DNA of 64,000 nt, taken from an uncultured delta proteobacterium (GTDB taxonomy: Bacteria > Desulfobacterota > WTBG01 > CAIYCZ01). Below the pieces are notes generated by a model that worked only from the letters and a program-made list of their open reading frames with translations, was not told where the DNA came from and did no database searches. A program made the position numbers and the translations under genes. Every line of letters begins with the position of its first letter. Position 1 is the first letter of the stretch. The stretch spans positions 96,001 through 160,000 of the forward strand of contig CAWDOY010000014.1 of assembly GCA_963803975.1 (NCBI GenBank), given 5' to 3'. Of this stretch, positions 44,236-54,024 are shown in pieces.

Positions 44236-44517
44236 TTGGAATCAACTGCTAAGTTTACAAAAAGCATGGTAGAGTGCTCGCTGCTCGATAAGGAGTTGGG
44301 CCGGCCGTTTAAGCCGGGAACCAGGAGAGAAGCGACCCCCGAATGGGATAAAGACAAATGCGTACGGTGCGGGCTGTGTTATGTGTACTGCCCTGATGGC
44401 GCAATTTATAGAACAGAAGACGGTTTTTTTGAGGCCGACACGGACAAATGCAAAGGATGCGGCATTTGTCACCGCGAATGCTGGTTTGGTGTCATCAGCA
44501 TGGTGAAGGAGGATTAA
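44236..44517 (+). CDS. PorD-like 2x[4Fe-4S] subunit
   Basis: KPGTRR..P..DKDKCVRCGLCYVYCPDGAI...CKGCGICHREC. Confidence 0.85.
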   Translation: MESTAKFTKSMVECSLLDKELGRPFKPGTRREATPEWDKDKCVRCGLCYVYCPDGAIYRTEDGFFEADTDKCKGCGICHRECWFGVISMVKED

Positions 44518-44520
44518 ATA

Positions 44521-45234
44521 ATGGATAAGTTCAGTCTTTTTGTCCCCAACTTTTTGCCCTTTAAGGAATATTTTGTCCCTGAAAAAAATATCGCCTGCTC
44601 TGGCTGTGGCCTGGCGCTCGCTATCAGACAGACCTATAAGGCCCTCGAAGCAGTGATAGAAAAGGCCGAGTGGGTGAAAGCCGGCGATGGGAAGCTTTTT
44701 GCCCGGCTGTTTGATAAGTCCCCCATGGGCAACAGCGAGCCGTCACTGCTGCGGATAAAAAAAACCGGCGGAGAACTGATCATCTGCTTTGACAATGAAG
44801 CAGGAGGCAGTCTTGAGGAGGCAGTAAAGAAAGCAATGCCTGCTATAGCCGTAGCCGAGGGGTTCCACTATGTAGCCACTGCATGTCCCAGCTATCCCTT
44901 TGATCTGTATGAAAAGGTTAAAAAGGGCCTGGAGGCCGAGGGTAAAGCCTACCTTCACATACTCTGCCCGTGCCCGGTTGCATGGCAGTTTGATCCGGAA
45001 CTCACCGTGAAAATAGGCCGCTGGGCAGTTGAAAGCAGGGCCTTCCCGCTGTATGAAGTGGGCAGTGCCTCTGCCTATCACATGACCGTTACCACCGCAA
45101 AGCCGCGACCCCTGGCAGATTACCTGAAACCGCAGTATCGCTTTGCCGAGATCTCTGAGCAACAGATAGCAGACCTGGGCGCTGCGGTGGAGAGTGACTA
45201 TAAAAAATTAACCGAGAAGATGCAACCAGCATAG
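44521..45234 (+). CDS. PorB-like subunit lacking the TPP-binding motif
   Basis: ACSGCG, YVATA, LCPCP and AVE...FPLYE segments match 2-oxoacid:ferredoxin oxidoreductase beta; no GDG...N motif. Confidence 0.7.
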   Translation: MDKFSLFVPNFLPFKEYFVPEKNIACSGCGLALAIRQTYKALEAVIEKAEWVKAGDGKLFARLFDKSPMGNSEPSLLRIKKTGGELIICFDNEAGGSLEEAVKKAMPAIAVAEGFHYVATACPSYPFDLYEKVKKGLEAEGKAYLHILCPCPVAWQFDPELTVKIGRWAVESRAFPLYEVGSASAYHMTVTTAKPRPLADYLKPQYRFAEISEQQIADLGAAVESDYKKLTEKMQPA

Positions 45235-45292
45235 AACAGCGGTAGCATACTTATTTGCACAGATTACTTAATTGCCTGAAAGGAGCGGGAAA

Positions 45293-46219
45293 ATGGCAGA
45301 TATAAAATGGTCGCCAGACGGCAAACAGATGTTTGAGAAGCTTATGGGCGCTGTACCCGAGGCGATGAGAGAGGCAGTAAAACCGATGCTCCTGGAGAAA
45401 CTTGCCGGCAGGGCTGCCGGTAAAGCGGTTACGCAGGACATCGTTGCCACCATGGTGCAGGAGGATCTGCCGGAGCCTCAGAAAAGCGCACTTATGGAAG
45501 TGCTTGGTCTTAAGAAAAAACCTGCAAAAAAGGAGCCGGCACCAGCTGCCCCTGCAGCGCCTGCCAAAACTGAGTGGCAGGGGAAAAGTGAAGCAATGTT
45601 TGAACGCATGCTTCAGGAAGTTCCTGAAGCATTACGCGGCGTCTTCCGGGGAAAACTGATGCAGGTTCTCCAGCAGAAAGCAAAAGGCGGTCCCGCTGCA
45701 GAGAGCCATGTGACAGAGATCGTCCACGAGATGGTCCCGGAGCCTTTCAAGAGTAATATTCTGAAAGCATTTTCCACCATGGGTGATATTGACATGAATG
45801 TGGTGGAGGAGATTATTAAGAACAATCCTGGCGGACAGGAAACAGTCATCTCCATACTTCATGCCATCCAGGCCAAGTGCGGCTACTTACCGCAGGAAGC
45901 GCTCATACTGGTGAGCCAGAAGAAAGACATATTCCTGAGCAACCTGTATCGACTGGCCACATCCTATAGCGCCTTTCGTATAAAGCCGCTGAAAAAATAT
46001 GCGGTTACCGTGTGCAATGGAACCGGATGTCATGTTAAAGAAGGCGGGCAGATCCTCAAGGAGCTGGAAAAGAAAGTATCAGGAAATGGCTCACAGATAA
46101 CCCTGGAGAAGGTTAGATGTCTTGGCTGCTGTGATATGTCTCCCGCAGTAATGATCAACGGTGAGCTGTATGGCGGTGCTCAGGCACAGGCCAGGATTGC
46201 AGAAATCTTACACGAATAG
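45293..46219 (+). CDS. NuoE/HydC-like [2Fe-2S] subunit with duplicated N-terminal helical domain
   Basis: CNGTGCH...CLGCC; two repeats W...MFE.....VPEA.R; AGGAG RBS before ATG 45293. Confidence 0.85.
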   Translation: MADIKWSPDGKQMFEKLMGAVPEAMREAVKPMLLEKLAGRAAGKAVTQDIVATMVQEDLPEPQKSALMEVLGLKKKPAKKEPAPAAPAAPAKTEWQGKSEAMFERMLQEVPEALRGVFRGKLMQVLQQKAKGGPAAESHVTEIVHEMVPEPFKSNILKAFSTMGDIDMNVVEEIIKNNPGGQETVISILHAIQAKCGYLPQEALILVSQKKDIFLSNLYRLATSYSAFRIKPLKKYAVTVCNGTGCHVKEGGQILKELEKKVSGNGSQITLEKVRCLGCCDMSPAVMINGELYGGAQAQARIAEILHE

Positions 46220-46234
46220 AGGAGAGCGAGACCT

Positions 46235-47947
46235 ATGAAAATAAATAGAGCCAGTGACCTTTCTAAAATAAAAAAACAGGGTTTGGATTTGCTCTCTCCG
46301 GCCACGACACGCATCACCGTAGGATCAGCAACCTGTGGCTTGGCAAAGGGAGCGGGAAAAGTTCTGGAAGCACTGAAATATGAAGTAAAAAAACAGAAGA
46401 TACAAGCTGAGGTGGTAGCGGTGGGATGCAACGGCCTCTGCTATGCCGAGCCGATTGTTGAAGTAATCCAGCCGGGCAAGCCGCGCATTACCTATGGACC
46501 GGTCACCGTGGAAAGAGTCGGTGAATTGCTGAAAGCAATCAAAACAGGCAAGGTGGTGCAGGACCTGGCGCTGGCGCGGCACGATGAAGAAGCCTACTGC
46601 CTGAATATCGCTCCGCTTAAATACGCAAAAGGGAAAGTTCCCGCAGCCCTGTCCGGCATCAAAGAATACCGGAAGCAGGATTTTTTCAAAAACCAGTTAA
46701 AGCTGGTGAGTAAAAATGCCGGCACCATCAGCCCGTCGCGCATTGAAGAATATATTGCCCTGGATGGCTATAGGGCTTTGGCAAAAGTGCTCACGGAGAT
46801 GAAGCCGGAGGACGTGATCAAAGAAGTTACGGCTTCAAAGCTCCGGGGCCGGGGCGGCGCAGGGTTCCCGACAGGGCTGAAATGGCAGGCATGCCGCTCT
46901 GCAGCAGGGGATAAAAAATATATTGTGTGTAATGGCAGCGAAGGTGACCCTGAGATCGGGATGCATAGAAGTTTTCTTGAATCCGACCCCCAGGCCATAA
47001 TCGAAGGCATGGCCATAGCAGGCTACGCAGTTGGCGCAGATGCGGGTTACATATACGTCAATGACCGCTATGTTGTCGCGCTGGAACGGCTGGAAGAGGC
47101 TATCAAGCAGGCAGAACAGACCGGTCTTCTGGGCAGCAATATTTTAGGAAGCGGATTTTCCTTCTCGCTTACGGTGAAGCGCGGCGGCGGCGCCTATGTG
47201 TGCGGCGAGGAAACCGCGCTGCTCAATGCGCTTGAAGGCCTGAGCGGAGAACCGCGGCCGCGGCCGCCGTACCCTGCACAGCAGGGTCTTTTCGGCAAGC
47301 CGACGGTAGTCAATAATATTGAGACGCTGGCAAATATTCCCCTCATTGCCCTGCATGGCGGAAAATGGTTTGCAAAGATCGGCACCGCATCCAGCACCGG
47401 AACCAAGATTGTAGCGCTCTCCGGCGCTGTGGCTCAGCCCGGCTGGGTAGAGGTGCCCCTGGGAACGCCGGTCAAGGCCATCATTGAAACCTTTGGCAAG
47501 GGAACCGGAACAGGGAAAAAAGTAAAAGCCTTTCAAACCGGCGGGCCGTCCGGAGGAGTGCTCCCCGCCTCTCTTCTCAATATTAAGCTTGATTATGATC
47601 AGCTCACCAAGGCCGGAAGCCTGCTTGGCTCCGGGGGACTGCTGGTCATGGATGAAGGCACGGACATGCTTGACATGGCGAAGTTTTTAACCGACTTTTT
47701 TGCAGAAGAGACCTGCGGCAAATGCAGCACCTGCCGGGAAGGCGTTAAACGGCTTCAGGAAATCATTGACAGCATTATGCAGGGATACGGCACCAAGGAG
47801 CACCTCAATCTGGTAAAACGCATGGCTGCTGCAATGTCAGACACTGCGGCATGTGCTTTGGGTAAAACAGCGGCCGTTCCTTTTCTTTCCGTACTCAAAC
47901 ATTTCCCCAAGGAAGTGGAAGGTAAGCTGCTCAGAAAGGGCGCTTAA
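46235..47947 (+). CDS. NuoF/HydB-like flavoprotein
   Basis: N-terminal thioredoxin-like Fe-S domain (TCG...GCNGLC), LRGRGGAGFP, GAYVCGEETAL, GGPSGG and CGKCSTCREG...CALG. Confidence 0.9.
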   Translation: MKINRASDLSKIKKQGLDLLSPATTRITVGSATCGLAKGAGKVLEALKYEVKKQKIQAEVVAVGCNGLCYAEPIVEVIQPGKPRITYGPVTVERVGELLKAIKTGKVVQDLALARHDEEAYCLNIAPLKYAKGKVPAALSGIKEYRKQDFFKNQLKLVSKNAGTISPSRIEEYIALDGYRALAKVLTEMKPEDVIKEVTASKLRGRGGAGFPTGLKWQACRSAAGDKKYIVCNGSEGDPEIGMHRSFLESDPQAIIEGMAIAGYAVGADAGYIYVNDRYVVALERLEEAIKQAEQTGLLGSNILGSGFSFSLTVKRGGGAYVCGEETALLNALEGLSGEPRPRPPYPAQQGLFGKPTVVNNIETLANIPLIALHGGKWFAKIGTASSTGTKIVALSGAVAQPGWVEVPLGTPVKAIIETFGKGTGTGKKVKAFQTGGPSGGVLPASLLNIKLDYDQLTKAGSLLGSGGLLVMDEGTDMLDMAKFLTDFFAEETCGKCSTCREGVKRLQEIIDSIMQGYGTKEHLNLVKRMAAAMSDTAACALGKTAAVPFLSVLKHFPKEVEGKLLRKGA

Positions 47948-47995
47948 TTAACAGGACAGAACATACGTAACTGCTATTCTTTAATTATATAGGGG

Positions 47996-48943
47996 ATGAA
48001 ACCTATGGCGACACTTAAAATTAATGGAAAAAAAATTACCGCACCCGATGGTGCAACGATTCTTGAAGCGGCGCGCGAGCACGATATCAAGATTCCCACG
48101 CTATGCTCAAACGAAGCCCTGAAGCCGTACGGCGCCTGCCGCCTGTGCATTGTGGAAGTCACTAAAAACGGCAGGACCACCATTGAAACATCATGCACCT
48201 ACCCCGCCGAAGACGGGCTGGATGTAAAGACTGAATCGCCGCGGGTAGCTGAAGGCAGAAAGCTGGTTATTGAGCTGTATCTTGCCCGCTGCCCCAATGT
48301 TAAGATCATCCGCCAGATGGCAGAGGAGTACGGGATTAAGGAAAGCGCCCCGCAGATGGGTAAAGACAATGACTACTGCATTCTCTGCGGACTCTGCGTG
48401 CGCGCCTGCAACGAAGTGGTCAAGGCCGGGGCCATACAGTTTGCCGGAAGCGGCATCAATAAAATCGTTGATTCGCCCTTTCATAAAACCGCCGAAGACT
48501 GTGTTGCCTGCGGCTCGTGCGCATTTATCTGCCCCACCGGGATAATTAAAAAGAACGATCTGCCGTCCACATCGCAATGCACTCCCGAGGGCTGCACGCA
48601 AACCGGAGCGCAGCGGGAAATTTTAAACTGGCAGGTTGAGCATAAGCTGAAAGTGTGCACCAAATGCGGCAACCCTTATTCCCCGGAACCCCATCTGACA
48701 AAGATCACCCGGCAATATTATTTCCTGCCGGAATTTTTCAACATCTGCCCGTCATGCCGCCAGTATCCGGTGGTTGACGAGGAAAAGTGTCTGGGCTGCG
48801 GCGGATGCATGGAAAACTGCCCCATTGGAGCGCTTGAGCTTGAAGACAAGGGCGGTTATGACAAAAAAGCCCATGTCTTTACTGAGAACTGCACGGCCTG
48901 TCATACCTGTGAAGATTACTGCCCGATGAAAGCAATTAGCTAA
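47996..48943 (+). CDS. NuoG/HydA N-terminal-like polyferredoxin (no catalytic domain)
   Basis: IPTLC..GACRLC [2Fe-2S], CILCGLCVRAC, CVACGSCAFICP and C-terminal 2x[4Fe-4S]. Confidence 0.85.
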   Translation: MKPMATLKINGKKITAPDGATILEAAREHDIKIPTLCSNEALKPYGACRLCIVEVTKNGRTTIETSCTYPAEDGLDVKTESPRVAEGRKLVIELYLARCPNVKIIRQMAEEYGIKESAPQMGKDNDYCILCGLCVRACNEVVKAGAIQFAGSGINKIVDSPFHKTAEDCVACGSCAFICPTGIIKKNDLPSTSQCTPEGCTQTGAQREILNWQVEHKLKVCTKCGNPYSPEPHLTKITRQYYFLPEFFNICPSCRQYPVVDEEKCLGCGGCMENCPIGALELEDKGGYDKKAHVFTENCTACHTCEDYCPMKAIS

Positions 48944-48977
48944 ACGGTATTTAATATAGAGATAAGGAGGAGTCATA

Positions 48978-50267
48978 ATGGTTTATGATCTCGCAATAGT
49001 TGGAGCAGGCCCCGGCGGACTGCACGCGGCCAAATGGGCTAACAAAAAGGGGCTGAAAGTCGCAGTCATAGAGAAGCGCAAAGATATTTCTAAAATTACC
49101 CGATACTGCAGCGAACATATCATTCTGGATGAAGACTACAATGGAGATACCATTAAAGTTGACACTGCCGCGGGAAAAATAATCTCAACCAAGAACGGCT
49201 GGGAAGTTAACTACCGGGGAGAATTATGTCCGGTCACGGATAAATACTATTCTTCTCCCAAGCTGTACCACTGCCATTTTGCCTGGCCGGATAAGCGGCC
49301 TTTTGCCTATAAATACGGCAAGGGAACGCTCCTGAAGGGACTGCTCGAAGAGTGCCTTGCCTTAGGGGTTACCTATATTACTGAAACAACGGCCTATGAT
49401 GCCACGGACAGCCCCGCAGGGGTTGAGCTCAAATGCGTGAGCAAGGGAAAGAAATTTAAGATCCAGGCTAAGAAACTTATCGCTGCTGATGGCGCAAGCG
49501 CCCAACTGGCGCAGAAACTGGGAAGAAATAATGAGCGAGCCTATCTCGGGTTTGCCTTGGTCCTAGCGGTATATATGTCCAATGTAAAAAACTACAGCAC
49601 TTCCGAATGGAGGGGCTGGTGGGGGCGCTGCTATGGCACAAACCTGGCGCCGCTCATGGGTACCGGGCCTGAAGGTCATTTTGACTGGGCCGACATGATT
49701 ATTCTTGGCAGCCCCAAAGAGCCACCCGAAAAGACCTTTGAATTTTTTACCAAAGAGGGGCCCATGGCATTCATGTTTGAAAATGCCAAGATAGAGGCCA
49801 AACACTGCTGCTCTACCAAAGCATATACGCCGCTAAAACAACCGGCCAAGGGAAACTGCATTATGATTGGTGATGCCGCGGCGTTTGTCGAAACCCAGGC
49901 CCAGGGAGCTCTGAGCTGCGGCTTCAGGGCAGCTGAAGCCGTGGCGAAAGAACTTGAGGGCAAAAACGGCTTTGAAGAATATAACCAGTGGTGGCTCAAA
50001 TCGTTTGAATTTAACGACGAAGGGATGATGCAGGTAACAACCGGGTACGCGCTCATTCCTACCTATACGGACGACGAGATTGATTATCTGTTCTCCCTGT
50101 GTCATGGTCATACCATGGAGGGGAGCTGGAGCCAGTACAAGTCCCCCAAGATGATGTGGAACCTTATTCTGAAAGACCCGGAAAAGATTAAGCGGGAGCG
50201 GCCGGAAGTATGGGCAAAGATTCAGACCCGCGGCACCCAGACGCTTTCCGACAGCATCAACAAATGA
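48978..50267 (+). CDS. FAD-dependent oxidoreductase (geranylgeranyl reductase/FixC-like)
   Basis: GAGPGG Rossmann motif, IAADG and IGDAA motifs. Confidence 0.8.
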   Translation: MVYDLAIVGAGPGGLHAAKWANKKGLKVAVIEKRKDISKITRYCSEHIILDEDYNGDTIKVDTAAGKIISTKNGWEVNYRGELCPVTDKYYSSPKLYHCHFAWPDKRPFAYKYGKGTLLKGLLEECLALGVTYITETTAYDATDSPAGVELKCVSKGKKFKIQAKKLIAADGASAQLAQKLGRNNERAYLGFALVLAVYMSNVKNYSTSEWRGWWGRCYGTNLAPLMGTGPEGHFDWADMIILGSPKEPPEKTFEFFTKEGPMAFMFENAKIEAKHCCSTKAYTPLKQPAKGNCIMIGDAAAFVETQAQGALSCGFRAAEAVAKELEGKNGFEEYNQWWLKSFEFNDEGMMQVTTGYALIPTYTDDEIDYLFSLCHGHTMEGSWSQYKSPKMMWNLILKDPEKIKRERPEVWAKIQTRGTQTLSDSINK

Positions 50268-50299
50268 TGTAACCGGCTTTCAAAAAATACGATTGCCCC

Positions 50300-50334
50300 A
50301 AAGGGGGTGGGTTTTAAAAACCACCCCCTTTTTT
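50300..50334 (+). terminator. Intrinsic terminator of the redox operon
   Basis: AAGGGGGTGG...CCACCCCCTTTTTT. Confidence 0.8.
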
Positions 50335-50343
50335 CATTTTATT

Positions 50344-51603
50344 ATGGGATTGCAAAGGTTTTTTATTATTGCAGGCTTTGCTCTGTTTTTTATTGCCGTG
50401 CAGCTGGTAACCCTTTATGGCTGCTACAACACCTTCCGCTCCTTTAAGAATAAAAAAACCCTGATAGCGGCCCTTGTCTATATCCTGTTTTTAAATCTCT
50501 CCTACCTGTTTCTTTTTTACCGCTATCCGCTTCCGGCCGAGCTTAAAACGACCATTAACTATATCCTTATCTACCCCTACTTTATCTACATGCTGCTGTG
50601 CCTGGTGCTGTTCCCGTGGTTTGTGCTGAACGGGCTCTTTGTCTCCATTAAGAAGCTGTGGGCGGAGGTTGCGGCGCTGATTGGTTATGATGATACAAAG
50701 ACAAAACGAACCGTGTCGGAAGGCCGAAGGGACTTTTTAAAAGTAGCGACATCGGCGTTGCTGCTGCCGGTTGGCGGCTGCTCACTCTATGGCACATATA
50801 TCGGGAGGAATAGAATAACCATAGAGGAGAAGACCATTTCCTTCTCTGATTTTCCTGCAGCACTGGATGGCTTGAGCATTGTGCAGATAAGTGATCTTCA
50901 TGCAGGGGTTTTCATGGAGGGATGGGAGCTGGAACCCTACATAGAGATGGTAAATGATTTAAAGCCGGACATTGTTGTCATTACCGGCGACATCATCAGC
51001 TGGGGGGCGCATTACATAGAACCTGCGGTTGCTGCCCTGGGGAAAATAAAATGTAATCATGGTGTTTATGCGATAATGGGCAACCATGATTTTTACGGAG
51101 ATATCGATGCGCTCTGTGAGAGCCTTGAGAAATCGGGCATCACCGTATTGCGCAACAAATGGAAAAAACTAGATTTCTTCAGCGAAGCCGCCCCGCTCTA
51201 TCTCATCGGGGTTGATGATGTCTGGGCAACCAGATATTTCAAAAAAAGGAATATCTCCTTACGGGATATTGTTTCAGGGATTCCGGAAAGAAGCTTTAAA
51301 CTGCTGCTCTCGCATAACCCTATCCTCTTTGATGAGGCTGCCGCACACGGGATACACCTCACCCTTTCAGGCCACACCCATGCAGGACAGATTATTCTTC
51401 CGTTTCCACAAGAACACGGCTATTCCTTTGCCCGGCTTATTTATAAGAGAGATTACGGCCTTTATCGCAACGGTGATTCATTTCTGTACATCAACCGGGG
51501 ACTCGGTGTCATCGGCCCGCCCCTGCGCATCAACTGCCCGCGGGAAATTACCCGGATTGTTTTAAAAAGCAGCCCGCGCGAAAAAGGCAGCACTAACGGA
51601 TGA
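50344..51603 (+). CDS. Membrane metallophosphoesterase (YkuE-like)
   Basis: Three TM helices; SDLH, TGD, GNHD, SHNP and GHTHAGQ motifs. Confidence 0.9.
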   Translation: MGLQRFFIIAGFALFFIAVQLVTLYGCYNTFRSFKNKKTLIAALVYILFLNLSYLFLFYRYPLPAELKTTINYILIYPYFIYMLLCLVLFPWFVLNGLFVSIKKLWAEVAALIGYDDTKTKRTVSEGRRDFLKVATSALLLPVGGCSLYGTYIGRNRITIEEKTISFSDFPAALDGLSIVQISDLHAGVFMEGWELEPYIEMVNDLKPDIVVITGDIISWGAHYIEPAVAALGKIKCNHGVYAIMGNHDFYGDIDALCESLEKSGITVLRNKWKKLDFFSEAAPLYLIGVDDVWATRYFKKRNISLRDIVSGIPERSFKLLLSHNPILFDEAAAHGIHLTLSGHTHAGQIILPFPQEHGYSFARLIYKRDYGLYRNGDSFLYINRGLGVIGPPLRINCPREITRIVLKSSPREKGSTNG

Positions 51604-51639
51604 GCTCTTATTGATTTGATCGCTGTAGGGGGATGACGC

Positions 51640-52131
51640 TTAAAACCCGGAACCGCAGTAAATAAATCGTTCCGGAGTTGGGGGGGTGCCATCTTTGGTG
51701 AAAATGAATGTCCTTGTTCCACTGCCTGCCACTAAGCGGTTCCTGAACCCCATGGGCCGGACCCTGAAGTCATACTGAATTTCAATGTCCTCCTGGAAGT
51801 CCGGGTCAAAAAATTTGCCGGTCGTTCCCTGGGCATGAAGCAGAAAAAAGTTTTCCTGATGATATGTTCCCGTAGCGGGCTGTATAAAAAGGTCTGACCT
51901 GATAGAAAAGGTGTTATCGCTTAACAGGGTAAGGTCAATTACTTCGGGAAGAAAAAAGACGGTTCCCAGTAAAAAGGCGATATATTCTCTATCTAATACT
52001 GGCGGGGCGACCTGCACCGCAGATGCAGGATAGGCATTATGGTGAGGAAGTATTATTATAAAAAAGACTGCTGTGCAGAGGGTAAGACAAAAGCGCCTTT
52101 TGGTAACCGTAATATGAGCCATTCTGAACAC
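51640..52131 (-). CDS. Hypothetical exported protein
   Basis: Signal-peptide-like N-terminus; family unknown. Confidence 0.55.
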   Translation of the reverse strand: MFRMAHITVTKRRFCLTLCTAVFFIIILPHHNAYPASAVQVAPPVLDREYIAFLLGTVFFLPEVIDLTLLSDNTFSIRSDLFIQPATGTYHQENFFLLHAQGTTGKFFDPDFQEDIEIQYDFRVRPMGFRNRLVAGSGTRTFIFTKDGTPPTPERFIYCGSGF

Positions 52132-52212
52132 CAGAAAATAAATTTAAATTAATTACATGCTGAAAGCATTTACGGTGTAGCATAGTGCAACCATTGTATG
52201 CAACGCGAAGCA

Positions 52213-52671
52213 TTACTTTACCGCCTTGATGGCAAGGGTGGTTCCTTCTGCTGACCACCGCCCTGCATTACCGACACTGTCAAAATAAATCCCGTAGCCT
52301 TTAAGTACAACCGTCCCCTCCCCGTTCACCCGTGCACCAATATTTGCTCCGGCAAAACTTATCTCCAGGTCTTCACCATCAATCAGGGTTTTACCGTTTA
52401 TATGGGTATAGACAACACCGGCATTTTGCCTGATATACTGCTCTGGTTCGTCTTTCGGGAAAAGATTTTCCGGGAGCGTTACCGATGCATTTTTATTGAC
52501 GACCAGTGACCCCTCTCCGGTTATTGAAAGTGGCCCAGTGCCTATAAAGGTAATCACGCCGTTACCCTTGGCTATTAAAATATCGCCATCCTCACAATTA
52601 CCGGTCTGCCCGTTTATGAGCCAGCAGGCGGCAATAAAGGCCAGCATGATCAGTATATATTTTCTTTTCAT
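52213..52671 (-). CDS. Hypothetical exported Gly/beta-rich protein
   Basis: MKRK signal peptide; AAGGAG RBS. Confidence 0.7.
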   Translation of the reverse strand: MKRKYILIMLAFIAACWLINGQTGNCEDGDILIAKGNGVITFIGTGPLSITGEGSLVVNKNASVTLPENLFPKDEPEQYIRQNAGVVYTHINGKTLIDGEDLEISFAGANIGARVNGEGTVVLKGYGIYFDSVGNAGRWSAEGTTLAIKAVK

Positions 52672-52874
52672 AGTACTTCTCCTTAGTCCCGGATTATGTA
52701 TGCGCTGTAAAAGTATGACACAGCCTTTCCCTTATTTAAACCCTTTAAAACACAGAAAGTTTTCATCTTTTACGGGTATATACATTATATAACAAAAAAC
52801 GTATAAAGTAAAGATTGATAGCAGTGTCAACGAAGAGAGATTTTCGGTTTTCCGGCAAATTTTCAACTATACCA

Positions 52875-53063
52875 TTACACAATCCAGCGAATTGAGATTC
52901 CGGGAGAGAGCTTTCAAAGTTCTGAATTACCAGTAACCAGAGGCTCTTTTAACTGTGAGGAAAGTGCCGCAGCACAGCAGTCAGCATACGCAATTTTGTA
53001 TTGTGCCTTCAGCTTTGCCGCATGGTACGTTAATTCCTTGTCAGCATTTACAAGATTAACAGG
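52875..53063 (-). pseudogene. PIN-domain (VapC-like) toxin remnant
   Basis: Reads ADKELTYHAAKLKAQYKIAYADCCAAAL...LVTGNSEL*KL...IRWIV*; N-half missing and internal stop present. Confidence 0.7.
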
Positions 53064-53099
53064 ATACCGAGAAGGTCATGTCCGGTCTAACCGATTGTT

Positions 53100-53801
53100 T
53101 CACTCCAGCGGCAGCTCGATCTGCCCGCTTATGGTCACTGATACCATGCTCTCGCCTGCCTCGATGGGGGCCGGGGCTGCTTCTGCCGCATCCATGCGTG
53201 CCGAGCGCATCATCATCGGCATTACCGGGGGCTGGCCCGCGTTGCCTATATTCATTTGTCGGATGCAATAGGATTTTTTCAGAGCACCGGCGATAAGGCT
53301 GGCCTTTGCCTGAAAGGCGGCAATGGCCTCAAGCATGGCCTCTTCTTCGGCTTTTTTCCGCGTCTCGGGTGAGGGCTGCAAAACAAGCTGGCTGACGGCG
53401 AGCGTTTCCTGCAACCTGCCCAGAAGCTCGGAGAGCGCGGTCATGTCGCGCGACTCAAGCCGAAGCTCAGAGCGCATGCGCCACCCGCTGATGCGGCCTT
53501 CTTTACCGTAGGTGGGGTAGGTGTGGGTGCCGCTGCTTTGAGTTTTTACTTTGCTAAACGCCTTGGCGGTCTGCAGCGCCGTTTCAATGGTGCTGTTCAC
53601 CTGTTTGGCAAGTTCAGCCGGGTTCGTGCCGCTTACCTCAGCATAGACCGTGGTGCGGGCCATGTCATTGGGCGCGGACCGGGAAGCCTCGGCCGAGAGG
53701 TCGATCAGCGTGCCTTTGGGTTTGGCGTCCTCAGCAGCAAGGCCCGTGGAAGCAATAACGCAGACAATGATTGCCATGAATAGCATTAGATATTTGTTCA
53801 T
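53100..53801 (-). CDS. SIMPL (DUF541) domain periplasmic protein
   Basis: Signal peptide; ...EAIAAFQAKA..IA..L and APIEAGES.VSVTISG segments. Confidence 0.85.
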   Translation of the reverse strand: MNKYLMLFMAIIVCVIASTGLAAEDAKPKGTLIDLSAEASRSAPNDMARTTVYAEVSGTNPAELAKQVNSTIETALQTAKAFSKVKTQSSGTHTYPTYGKEGRISGWRMRSELRLESRDMTALSELLGRLQETLAVSQLVLQPSPETRKKAEEEAMLEAIAAFQAKASLIAGALKKSYCIRQMNIGNAGQPPVMPMMMRSARMDAAEAAPAPIEAGESMVSVTISGQIELPLE

Positions 53802-53865
53802 ACAACGGCTCCCTTTGATGTGAGGCTGAAAAAACCAGTGAATCTCTGGTGTGCTATAGAAACAT

Positions 53866-54024
53866 CTATCCTGGTATTCGTGATGGTTTTTTGTTTTCTG
53901 CAAGAGTGGAATAATGTTTGCCCATACGGCTCACCTCAGACTGCACTGCTTCAAGTAAGGATTCCGGCCCGATAACTTCTGCCTTCGCGCCCCAGCTCAT
54001 AACCCATGACACCAGCTCCACTGC
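53866..54024 (-). pseudogene. C-terminal (WCX) remnant of a WYL-domain regulator
   Basis: Reads ELVSWVMSWGAKAEVIGPESLLEAVQSEV; no upstream portion. Confidence 0.65.
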
